A stretch of DNA of 13,407 nt from Chthonomonadales bacterium (GCA_038217285.1 JBBQPO010000167.1:1-13407); one strand, 5' to 3'. Shown: positions 1 through 7,892, numbered from the stretch's first letter. Numbers and translations are program-made. Notes: generated by a model from the letters alone, not told the origin.

Positions 1-49
1 CGTCGACACAGGGTCAGATAAGGCGAACAGCGTTTAACGAGTCGAGAGA

Positions 50-400
50 TCAGGCAAGGGGTGGGCCGCGGGAGGAGGAGCGGAAAGACGGCAGAGCCGG
101 CAGACGGAAATCCGAGAGCGTCAGATCGACGCGCAGAAACAGAGGCTGCGAGACCTGCGGTGCGACGGCCGGAGGCATCACCTGAAGCGACTGCCAATCG
201 CAGACAGGGCAGTGCGCGGGCGCCGAATAGCTCGGGGGCGGCGCGATGGAAGTCTGTCGTGCCCCACAAGCTGTGCTGGAGTTCGGGGCCGTTTCCACGG
301 GGGCGTGCGAATGCGTCATGGCGCCGAACGTGCTGAAAAACAGGTACAGCAGCGACACAAATGCGGCTATTCTTCGGTTCCGTGGCGAAATATGCGACAA
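50..400 (-). CDS. DUF2946-like small membrane protein; putative CruR/CutF-type metal-responsive leader with C-terminal RGPP arrest motif
   Basis: TTG start with GGGAG 7 nt upstream. The N-terminal basic plus hydrophobic segment (RRIAAFVSLLYLFFSTFGAM) is followed by HSH, HCPVC, a Pro-rich linker and terminal RGPPLA-stop, the layout of DUF2946-family proteins. Confidence 0.75.
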   Translation of the reverse strand: MSHISPRNRRIAAFVSLLYLFFSTFGAMTHSHAPVETAPNSSTACGARQTSIAPPPSYSAPAHCPVCDWQSLQVMPPAVAPQVSQPLFLRVDLTLSDFRLPALPSFRSSSRGPPLA

Positions 401-453
401 GAACAGGCTCCCGGAAGTCTCGATACTACTTACTAATACGGTCGTTTCGTTAG

Positions 454-462
454 ATTATAGCA
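454..462 (-). promoter_or_regulatory. Extended -10 promoter (TGcTATAAT) for the 400..50 gene
   Basis: Plus-strand ATTATAGCA reads TGCTATAAT on the minus strand, about 55 nt upstream of the TTG start. Confidence 0.6.
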
Positions 463-625
463 CACCTGCAGCGTCCGATTGAAAAAATTTGATGGCCGCC
501 GAGGACAGATGCAGGAACCGCGTGGAAGCCTGTCGAAGTGTTCCGACAGTTTCGGCAGGGGATTTCGATCTCTTTCCGACCCGTTTTCCCAAATACAAAC
601 CTCCTTTAGAAGGATGCAAAACTCA

Positions 626-1663
626 ATGGCGAAGAAGAAAATCGGCGTGGCTGTCATCGGCAGCGGCAGCATCGCTACCTACCGGCATGCACCCGAATAT
701 GCCGCGCACCCGGATGTCGAGATCGTAGCTTTCGTAGACCGTGTGCCGGAGCGGGCCGAGAAGCTGGCGAAGAAATATGGCGCCAAGGCCTATTCCAAGG
801 TGGAGGATGTCCTGGAGCTAAAGAGCGTCGATGCGGTGAGCATCTGTACTCCGAACGCCTTTCACTCCTCGCTCACCGTCGCAGCCCTGAAAGCTGGCAA
901 ACATACGCTGTGCGAAAAGCCTATTGCCACCTCCGCAAAAGAGGCGCAGGACATGATTGCCGCCGCCCACAAGTCGGGCAAGTTCCTCATGATCGGACAC
1001 AATCAGCGCCTCATGCCCCTGCATGTGAAGGCGAAAGAGTTGCTCGAAGCGGGCGTCATCGGCAAGGTAATCACGTTCCGCACCTCCTTCGCCCATCCTG
1101 GCCCGGAGACCTGGAGTATCGAGGGGCCGACCGGCTGGTTCTTCGACAAGAAGCAGGCGTTCGTCGGCTCCATGGGTGACCTGGGGGTGCATAAGGCCGA
1201 TCTGCTGCGGTTCCTGCTCGGCGAAGAGATCGTCGAGGCGGCCGCCATGGTAGGCCACCTCTACAAACCGATGGGCGATGTGGACGACAACGCTGTCTGC
1301 ATACTTCGTACCGCGAGTGGAGCCATCGGCAGCCTGACCGCCTCCTGGACCCATAACCCCGGCGAGGACAACACCACCACACTCTACGGCAGCAAAGGCA
1401 TCCTGCGCCTCGGCTCCAATCCGCAGTACAGTGTCGTGGTCGAGCTGGCAACCGGCGAAAAGCAGTTCTACTCTGTGGGCAAGGTCCAGACCAACGATGC
1501 GGGTGGCCAGAGCAGTTCCGGTGTGATAGACGCGTTTATCAACTCTATCCAGACTAACACGCCGCCGACAATCAGTGGTGACGAAGGCCGCAAAGCCCTC
1601 GCCATCATCCTGGCCTGTCTCAAATCCTCCGAAACCAAGCAGTTCGTCGCTGTCGAGCTCTAG
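626..1663 (+). CDS. Gfo/Idh/MocA family NAD(P)-dependent oxidoreductase
   Basis: Rossmann motif IGVAVIGSGSIA, plus ICTPNAFH, LCEKP, GHNQR and GSMGDLGVHKAD. Start moved from 479 to ATG 626 (MAKKKIG...), with AGAAGGA at 608-614. Confidence 0.93.
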   Translation: MAKKKIGVAVIGSGSIATYRHAPEYAAHPDVEIVAFVDRVPERAEKLAKKYGAKAYSKVEDVLELKSVDAVSICTPNAFHSSLTVAALKAGKHTLCEKPIATSAKEAQDMIAAAHKSGKFLMIGHNQRLMPLHVKAKELLEAGVIGKVITFRTSFAHPGPETWSIEGPTGWFFDKKQAFVGSMGDLGVHKADLLRFLLGEEIVEAAAMVGHLYKPMGDVDDNAVCILRTASGAIGSLTASWTHNPGEDNTTTLYGSKGILRLGSNPQYSVVVELATGEKQFYSVGKVQTNDAGGQSSSGVIDAFINSIQTNTPPTISGDEGRKALAIILACLKSSETKQFVAVEL

Positions 1664-1669
1664 GCGCAA

Positions 1670-1706
1670 ACCTAACCCTCAGCCCCTTCCCGAGACGGGA
1701 AGGGGC
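1670..1706. repeat. REP-like GC hairpin (GCCCCTTCCCG-aga-CGGGAAGGGGC) without U-tract
   Basis: Perfect 11-bp stem 1682-1692/1696-1706 with a 3-nt loop, preceded by CCTAACCCTCA. It lies between the oxidoreductase stop and recX. Confidence 0.6.
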
Positions 1707-1731
1707 GCCCCACGAAGAAACGACCGAAAAT

Positions 1732-2217
1732 ATGCAACCCAATAATCTGGAGGCGGCCCGCGCGGTCGCCTTGCGTTTTCTGGGCTATTCGGCGCGCAGC
1801 CGCAGCGAGATGCAGAAGCGCCTCGAAAGAGACGAGTTTGCGCCGGAGATCATCGCGGCCGTGCTGGCGGAAATGGAGGCGCGGAACTGGGTCAACGATG
1901 CGCAGTTCGCACGGGACTGGGTCGAAGACCGGGCGGAGCGCAAGAAGTATGGGAAAGGCCGATTGGCGGCGGAGCTGCGGCGCAAAGGGGTCGATAAGGA
2001 CGAAGTTACCGCCGCGCTCGATACCGTCGAGGATGCTGACGAGCTGGCCCGAGCACGGTCGGCGGCGGCCACGCGCTGGAAGTTGAGCGAGGACGAGACG
2101 GATCGGGAGGCCCTTCAGGCGGAAAAACGCCGTGTCGCCGCTTTTTTACAACGGCGAGGATTCGGCTGGGCAATAATCACGCAGGTATTGGCGGAGCGCG
2201 CGGCGAATCAAGATTAA
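1732..2217 (+). CDS. recX: Regulatory protein RecX
   Basis: ALRFLGYSARSRSEMQKRL, WVNDAQFARDWV, YGKGRLAAELRRKGV and AFLQRRGF are the three RecX helical repeats; 161 aa. Confidence 0.93.
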   Translation: MQPNNLEAARAVALRFLGYSARSRSEMQKRLERDEFAPEIIAAVLAEMEARNWVNDAQFARDWVEDRAERKKYGKGRLAAELRRKGVDKDEVTAALDTVEDADELARARSAAATRWKLSEDETDREALQAEKRRVAAFLQRRGFGWAIITQVLAERAANQD

Positions 2218-2455
2218 CTCTTTGCACTTCTCGCGGCAAACTCTCCTCATTGGACGGTAGGCCGTGCAAAGCTATCTGTCAGTCAACGGCTGGCAACTTT
2301 CCGTGATCGGTTGTGTTTGGCCCGATCCAGCCCTTTCTCCGTAGAACCCGTACGGACGCGGGCGTGGCCTGCACAGGCTGTTCGGTTGTCTTGCCTTCGC
2401 TCTTCCTCGGACAGAGGCGCGATTTTCGCCCTTACCCGCTGTCTGGAGGTGAGTA

Positions 2456-4030
2456 TTGTCTAATACCGTCATCGCTTCTCTTGTTCTGGCGCTCCTGCTC
2501 TGTGCGCTGGTAGGATTTGCCGTAGAACACTTCGTATTGATTCGCCCGATGGAGGCGCGTGAAAAGGCGCGCATACAGGAGTTGGTGCAGGCACAGATCG
2601 CGGAAGCCCACCGCCTTAAAGAGGACGCCCAGAGGGAACTCGAAGCGTCCCGGCGAACGGCTCTGCTGGAGGCCAAAGAGGAGACGCTCCAACTCCGTGC
2701 TGATGTTGAAAACGAAAACCGGGAGAAACGGGCCGAAATCCAGAGGTTAGAGCGAAGGCTGACACAGAAAGAGGAGAACCTGGACCGTCGTACCGATGTC
2801 CAGGAGGAGAAAGAGCGGGAGTTAAGAACCCGGGAAGTGACCCTTCACACCGGTCGTGCAGAAGTAGAGGCCCATCAGCTCCAGCAGAAACAGGAGCTGC
2901 AGCGCCTGGCCGGGCTCACGCGGGACGAAGCGCGGCAACTGTTCCTCAAAAATGTCGAGGAGGAGAGTCGCCACGATGCTGCGAAGCTGATGCGTGAGAT
3001 CGAAGCCGCCGCTAAACGCGACGGTGAACGTAAGGCCCGTCAGATCGTCACGGACATCATTCAGCGCTGTTCGTCCGATCAGGTCTCCGAGACGACCGTC
3101 TCGGTCGTGCCGCTGCCGAACGACGAGATGAAAGGGCGCATCATCGGGCGAGAAGGCCGCAATATCCGGGCCTTCGAGACGCTCACGGGAATAGACCTCA
3201 TCATTGACGATACACCGGAAGCTGTCGTGCTTTCGGGCTTCGATCCGGTACGGCGTGAAGTGGCCCGGATCGCCCTGACCAACCTGATCGTGGACGGTCG
3301 CATCCATCCCGGACGCATCGAAGAGATCATCAAGAAAGCCCAGGCAGAAGTCGACATCCGGATCCAGGAGGCCGGAGAACGCGCGGTTCTGGAAACAGGT
3401 ATGACGGGGCTAGCCCCCGAAATTGTGGCGCTGCTCGGTAAGATGAAGTACCGCACCAGTTTCGGGCAAAACGTGCTGAACCACTCGATCGAGGTTTCTC
3501 ATATCTGCGGTATGCTGGCCTACGAGGTCGGTGCGGATGTGCGAATCGCCAAACGCGCCGGACTGCTGCACGACCTGGGTAAAGCCGTCGATTTCGAGAT
3601 CGAAGGCCCGCACGCGGTCATTACAGGTGACCTGCTGCGCAAATATCGGGAGGCCGAGCCGGTCGTCCACGCGGCGGAGTCCCACCATTACGATGTGGAA
3701 CCGCAGACCGTCGAAGCCATTCTGGTCATCTGTGGTGACCAGATCTCCGCCTCGCGGCCGGGCGCCAGACGAGAGTCCCTGGAGACCTACGTCAAACGCG
3801 TCAAAAAACTGGAGGAGATCGGCGACGGTTTTCCCGGCGTCGAGAAGACCTTTGCGGTACAGGCGGGACGCGAAATTCGTGTCATCGTCCGACCGGAGCA
3901 GTTGGACGACTTCGCCGCGTTGAAGCTGGCCCGTGACATGGCCCGACGCATCGAGGAAGAGATGGAGTATCCGGGGCAGATCAAGGTCACGGTCATCCGC
4001 GAGACCCGCGCCGTCGATTTCGCCAAGTAG
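2456..4030 (+). CDS. rny: Ribonuclease Y
   Basis: N-terminal TM helix, long coiled coil, KH motif KGRIIGREGRNIR, HD motif LLHDLGK, ISASRPGAR and C-terminal YPGQIKVTVIRETRA. TTG start preceded by GGAGGTG at 2445-2451. Confidence 0.98.
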   Translation: MSNTVIASLVLALLLCALVGFAVEHFVLIRPMEAREKARIQELVQAQIAEAHRLKEDAQRELEASRRTALLEAKEETLQLRADVENENREKRAEIQRLERRLTQKEENLDRRTDVQEEKERELRTREVTLHTGRAEVEAHQLQQKQELQRLAGLTRDEARQLFLKNVEEESRHDAAKLMREIEAAAKRDGERKARQIVTDIIQRCSSDQVSETTVSVVPLPNDEMKGRIIGREGRNIRAFETLTGIDLIIDDTPEAVVLSGFDPVRREVARIALTNLIVDGRIHPGRIEEIIKKAQAEVDIRIQEAGERAVLETGMTGLAPEIVALLGKMKYRTSFGQNVLNHSIEVSHICGMLAYEVGADVRIAKRAGLLHDLGKAVDFEIEGPHAVITGDLLRKYREAEPVVHAAESHHYDVEPQTVEAILVICGDQISASRPGARRESLETYVKRVKKLEEIGDGFPGVEKTFAVQAGREIRVIVRPEQLDDFAALKLARDMARRIEEEMEYPGQIKVTVIRETRAVDFAK

Positions 4031-4041
4031 GGCGAACTCCT

Positions 4042-4075
4042 CCGTGCCACCCGCCGTTCTTTTTGCGGGGCACGG
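4042..4075 (+). other. Stem-loop directly after rny stop (possible attenuator or stability/processing hairpin)
   Basis: CCGTGCC(ac)CCGC pairs with GCGGGGCACGG (11 bp with a 2-nt bulge) around a pyrimidine-rich loop; no U-tract after the stem. Confidence 0.45.
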
Positions 4076-4179
4076 CTTCACAACAGGGGTGCGTGTAACG
4101 TCCAACGGCGATAACTCGTCTAACTCGGTGGCTGCCCTTGTCAGGAATGGAGGCGCAGCCTTAGAAAGCCGGAACGCTC

Positions 4180-5052
4180 ATGCGCGTACTGATGGTCGGC
4201 GATGTGGTCGGCAAGTCCGGACGAAAAGCCACGCAGGAGTGGCTGCCCATTCTCCGGGAAGAACATAGCATCGATTTCGTGATCGTGAACGGCGAAAACA
4301 CCGCAGGCGGTATCGGCATTACGCCGGAAATAGCCCGCTCGTTTTTCACACAGAGCGGCGTAGACGTCGTCACTCTGGGCAATCATGCCTGGGGCAAGCG
4401 CGAAATATTTCCCTATCTCGACGAAGAACCGCGGCTCCTGCGTCCCGCCAACTATCCGCCGGGCGCGCCGGGAAACGGGTACGGGCTCTATCCGAGCCGC
4501 TTCGGCCCGGTTGCGGTCGTGTCGCTACAGGGGCGCACCTTCATGGAACCCGTCGACGATCCTTTTCGGGCTGCCGACGCCATCCTGGAAACCCTGCACC
4601 ACTCGACGCGCATGGTATTCATCGATTTTCATGCGGAGGCTACCTCGGAGAAGCAGGCATTCGGCTGGTATGTGGCCGGACGCGCCAGTGCGGTCGTCGG
4701 GACACACACGCATGTGCAGACGGCGGATGAGCGCATTCTGCCGGGGGGGACGGCCTATCTGACCGATGTCGGAATGACAGGACCTGTAGACTCTATCATC
4801 GGGATGCGTCGCGAGATCGTCATTCCGAAATTTCTCAGTCTGCTGCCCGCACGTTTCGAGGTCGCAGAAGGCGAATCGCAGCTTTGCGCCGTATTGATAG
4901 ATGTGGACCCGACGACAGGATATGCCACGGCCGTCCGTCGTATTCAGACGCCGCTGCCTCAGCAGGCGTATACCGATGCCAACACGTCCGATGACCAGGA
5001 CGTTGCCTTTACGGACCGAGCCTACTCGATCAAGGAGACATCTCAAAAATGA
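4180..5052 (+). CDS. ymdB: YmdB-like TIGR00282 family metallophosphoesterase
   Basis: Motifs GDVVG, NGEN, TLGNH, LRPANY, DFHAEATSEK, GTHTHV and TDVGMTG. Conserved position downstream of rny. Confidence 0.93.
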   Translation: MRVLMVGDVVGKSGRKATQEWLPILREEHSIDFVIVNGENTAGGIGITPEIARSFFTQSGVDVVTLGNHAWGKREIFPYLDEEPRLLRPANYPPGAPGNGYGLYPSRFGPVAVVSLQGRTFMEPVDDPFRAADAILETLHHSTRMVFIDFHAEATSEKQAFGWYVAGRASAVVGTHTHVQTADERILPGGTAYLTDVGMTGPVDSIIGMRREIVIPKFLSLLPARFEVAEGESQLCAVLIDVDPTTGYATAVRRIQTPLPQQAYTDANTSDDQDVAFTDRAYSIKETSQK

Positions 5053-6170
5053 ACCTGAAAACCCGAACTTTTCGACCTACAAGGCGGCGCACTCCGCTGT
5101 TGACCGGCCTAGGCCTTCTCGCGCTGGGCTGGACCGCCGCGATGCCCGCCGCCGCCCAGGTCGTGATGAACGGCCCTGTGCTCTATCAGGGCGATCCCTC
5201 CGCGAAGTCCGGCCTCAAACTCAGCAGTTGGGGCAGTGGCACGGTGGAAGAGGACACGAAAGGCGTCTTCGGAACCGGGACCATGTCGCTGCGCATCATC
5301 ACGCATGGCCTCTACCAGGGCGCGAGCCTGCAGCTCGGGAAGTCCGTAGACCTCGGCCCCTACGTGGACAACAAGTACGCCTACCTCAGTTTCGTTCTCG
5401 TTCCGCCCGCCGCGCCTAACGCTACGAGCCCTGCCTCGGGTGGGTACGGTGCTCCTGGCCGAGGCGGGAAGGGCCTGGGCGGCGGTCCCGGTGGTTTCCC
5501 TGGGGGACCCGGCGGCTTCTCTGGCGGCTCGGGGGGGCAGGAAAGTGGACCGGGCGGCGGCAGCTACGGCGGCTATGGGGGCCGGGGCGAGAGCGGACGC
5601 CTTAACTCGACCACGCTCTCCGTGAAATATCAGACCCCACATGCCCTGCAGAACGTCCGAGTCGTGCTGGTGACCTCCACGGGACACCAACTCGAAGCTC
5701 TCCTTCCGCTCGATTCGGCGGTCGCGGAGGGGCAGTGGAAGCGGCTCAGTATTCCGATTTCGGTCATCCCTGGCATCAAGACCGACGACGCCCGAATTAA
5801 AGAGGTTCGCCTTTTCGGCGATACGCCCGGCGTCATGCGAATCGGCAATATCGGCGTTATTGTGGACGAAACCCCCATCACCGTCGATAGCCTGCCCAAT
5901 CGTGATCTCGCGCGTCTGTCCGCACACGAATTCCGCATCGTGGCCCGCGGCGGCATTACGCCTCTGGCGGCCTCGTGGGACTGGGACGCTTCCGACGGCA
6001 TTCAGGACGAAGCGCAGGGCCTATTCGTAACGCATCAGTTCCGCAAGGAATCGGGTTACGATCGGAACTCCAATAAGATCCTCGACAACGTCGTCACCGT
6101 CACCGTCCGGGATCTCTATGGCATCAAGAAGCCTGTAACGACGAAATTCTCCATCCATGTGACTCCGTAG
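5049..6170 (+). CDS. Secreted hypothetical protein: signal peptide, beta-sandwich-like region with Gly-rich insertion, C-terminal PKD-like segment
   Basis: ATGA overlap with the ymdB stop and AAGGAG just upstream. RRRTPLL plus a hydrophobic stretch plus AAAQ forms a signal peptide. The C-terminal WDWD...G..VTHQF...VTVTVRD resembles PKD repeats. Confidence 0.8.
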   Translation: MNLKTRTFRPTRRRTPLLTGLGLLALGWTAAMPAAAQVVMNGPVLYQGDPSAKSGLKLSSWGSGTVEEDTKGVFGTGTMSLRIITHGLYQGASLQLGKSVDLGPYVDNKYAYLSFVLVPPAAPNATSPASGGYGAPGRGGKGLGGGPGGFPGGPGGFSGGSGGQESGPGGGSYGGYGGRGESGRLNSTTLSVKYQTPHALQNVRVVLVTSTGHQLEALLPLDSAVAEGQWKRLSIPISVIPGIKTDDARIKEVRLFGDTPGVMRIGNIGVIVDETPITVDSLPNRDLARLSAHEFRIVARGGITPLAASWDWDASDGIQDEAQGLFVTHQFRKESGYDRNSNKILDNVVTVTVRDLYGIKKPVTTKFSIHVTP

Positions 6171-6202
6171 CAAGCGTAGGTTTCAAGGATGGTGTCTATT
6201 CT

Positions 6203-6245
6203 GACAAAAGCCTCCCTCTGCGATCTGCAGAGGGAGGCTTTTGTC
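6203..6245. terminator. Bidirectional rho-independent terminator
   Basis: Perfect 19-bp inverted repeat GACAAAAGCCTCCCTCTGC-gatct-GCAGAGGGAGGCTTTTGTC gives a T4 run on both strands, between convergent stops at 6170 and 6267. Confidence 0.9.
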
Positions 6246-6266
6246 CTGCCGAGATAAGGATCGGGT

Positions 6267-7721
6267 TCACGCGATCAGTTCAGGAACCACTGTACCGTAG
6301 ACATCGGTCAGGCGGAAGTCTCGGCCGGCATAGCGATAGGTCAGTTTCGTATGGTCGAAGCCGAGCAGACGCAGGATCGTGGCGTGAAGGTCATGGACAT
6401 GGACGGGCTTGTCTTCCGCATGGAAGCCGAACTCGTCGGTGGAGCCGTAGACCTGTCCGCCCTTGACTCCTCCCCCTGCCATCCACATCGTAAAGCCGTG
6501 ATGATTGTGGTCGCGTCCGTTCTGCTTGCCTGCGTTCGCGCCAGGAGTCGGCAACTCGACGGTCGGAGTACGCCCGAACTCACCGCCCCAGATGATGAGC
6601 GTGTCCTCCAGCATCCCGCGCTGTTTGAGGTCTTTCAGCAGAGCGCCGATAGCCTGGTCCGACTCACGGGCGAGGTTGCGGTGGCCGGATTCGATGTCGT
6701 CGTGATTATCCCACGGCTGGCCCGCGCCGTGGTAGAGCTGAATGAATCGGACGCCGCGCTCCAGCAGGCGCCGTGCGATCAGCACCTGACGCGCATAGAC
6801 GCCCTCGCCGTACATCTTGCGCACGCTTTCCGGCTCTTTGCTGACATCGAAGGCGTCCGTGGCGTCCAACTGCATCCGGTACGCCAGTTCGAAGGACTGA
6901 ATTCGTGATTCCAACTGCATGTCGTTCTGGTGGGCATGCAGATGTTTGAGATTGAGTTCCTGCAGCAGATCGAGTTGGGCGCGCTGTTCATGCGGCGCGG
7001 TATAGTTGTTCTTGATGTGCTCGATGATCTTCTGAATATCGGTCTGCGACGGGTCGATATAGGTACCCTGGTAGACTCCCGGTAGGAAGCCCGCCTGCCA
7101 GTTCTGCGTATCCTGGATCGGGTAACCGTGCGGACACATCGCCATGAAGCCTGGCAGGTTCTGATTTTCGCTGCCAAGGCCATAGGTGACCCAGGAGCCG
7201 AGACTGGGCCGAATCTGCCGGCCCTCTCCACAGTTCATCAGCATGAGGGACGGCTCGTGGTTCGGCACATCGGCGTGCATGGACCGAATGACGGCGATCT
7301 CGTCGATGTTCTCGGCGATATGCGGAAAAATCTCGCTGACCTCGATGCCGGACTGCCCATGCTTCTGAAACTGGAAGGGCGACTTGAAACATGTTCCGGT
7401 CTTGCGCTCGGTAGGCAGGTTGCTGTAGGGCAGGGGCTTACCGTGATACTCGGTCAATTTGGGCTTCGGGTCGAACGTATCGACATGCGACGGGCCGCCG
7501 TTCATAAAGAGGAAGATCACGCGCTTCGCCTTCGCAGGCAGCGGCGGATGTTTGGGCGTGAGCGGCGTCATGAGCGTATGCGTTGCCTTCACGCCTTCGG
7601 CCTGCGCTTGCTCTGCCAGCAGTCCAGCAAGGCCAAGGGCCGCAAATCCATTCCCCATACGCCCGAGCAGTTGGCGGCGGGTCAACAGGAGATCCTGCCA
7701 GTTGTTATCATGATGCGACAT
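6267..7721 (-). CDS. DUF1501 domain-containing protein (Tat-exported, sulfatase-like fold family)
   Basis: Tat motif TRRQLL; AKAKRVIFLFMNGGPSHVDTFDPKP, ARRLLERGVRFIQLY, WDNH, WGGEFGRTP, GRDHN, MWMAGGGVKGG and HVHDLHAT. GGGAGA SD upstream. Confidence 0.95.
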   Translation of the reverse strand: MSHHDNNWQDLLLTRRQLLGRMGNGFAALGLAGLLAEQAQAEGVKATHTLMTPLTPKHPPLPAKAKRVIFLFMNGGPSHVDTFDPKPKLTEYHGKPLPYSNLPTERKTGTCFKSPFQFQKHGQSGIEVSEIFPHIAENIDEIAVIRSMHADVPNHEPSLMLMNCGEGRQIRPSLGSWVTYGLGSENQNLPGFMAMCPHGYPIQDTQNWQAGFLPGVYQGTYIDPSQTDIQKIIEHIKNNYTAPHEQRAQLDLLQELNLKHLHAHQNDMQLESRIQSFELAYRMQLDATDAFDVSKEPESVRKMYGEGVYARQVLIARRLLERGVRFIQLYHGAGQPWDNHDDIESGHRNLARESDQAIGALLKDLKQRGMLEDTLIIWGGEFGRTPTVELPTPGANAGKQNGRDHNHHGFTMWMAGGGVKGGQVYGSTDEFGFHAEDKPVHVHDLHATILRLLGFDHTKLTYRYAGRDFRLTDVYGTVVPELIA

Positions 7722-7779
7722 ATCTGAAATTCTCCCAAACAGCCGAACGACGACGGCGTACAGAATGGAAACGCACGGT

Positions 7780-7788
7780 ATTGTATCA
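7780..7788 (-). promoter_or_regulatory. Extended -10 promoter (TGaTACAAT) for the DUF1501 gene
   Basis: Plus-strand ATTGTATCA reads TGATACAAT on the minus strand, about 60 nt upstream of ATG 7721. Confidence 0.5.
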
Positions 7789-7892
7789 CAAAAGCGGTCC
7801 GTTGTTCTGTGCTGTATGACACGCCGGAATGGACAGTGTGACGTCGATTTTCGTCTGGGAATGCAAACGTTGGACAGTGGTCAAAATCGGGG

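Noticed and set aside
400-409. AGAACAGGCT also present at 13071-13080, near another metal-related gene
   Set aside because: Shared 10-mers are expected by chance in 13 kb, and the orientation relative to the two genes differs.
479-625. 49-codon N-terminal extension of the oxidoreductase in the ORF track
   Set aside because: It lies in the divergent promoter region and has no family similarity. The Rossmann fold begins right after ATG 626, which has an SD.
818-1669. 283-aa minus-strand ORF
   Set aside because: Antisense shadow of the oxidoreductase; expected from GC-rich codon bias and has no motifs.
2218-2455. Possible 6S RNA (often found near rny) or 66-aa ORF 2313..2513
   Set aside because: I found no end-to-end rod pairing or 6S-like central bubble. 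The small ORF overlaps rny out of frame and has no SD.
5109-5927. 272-aa minus-strand ORF
   Set aside because: Shadow of the plus-strand secreted protein, which has the SD, signal peptide and terminator.
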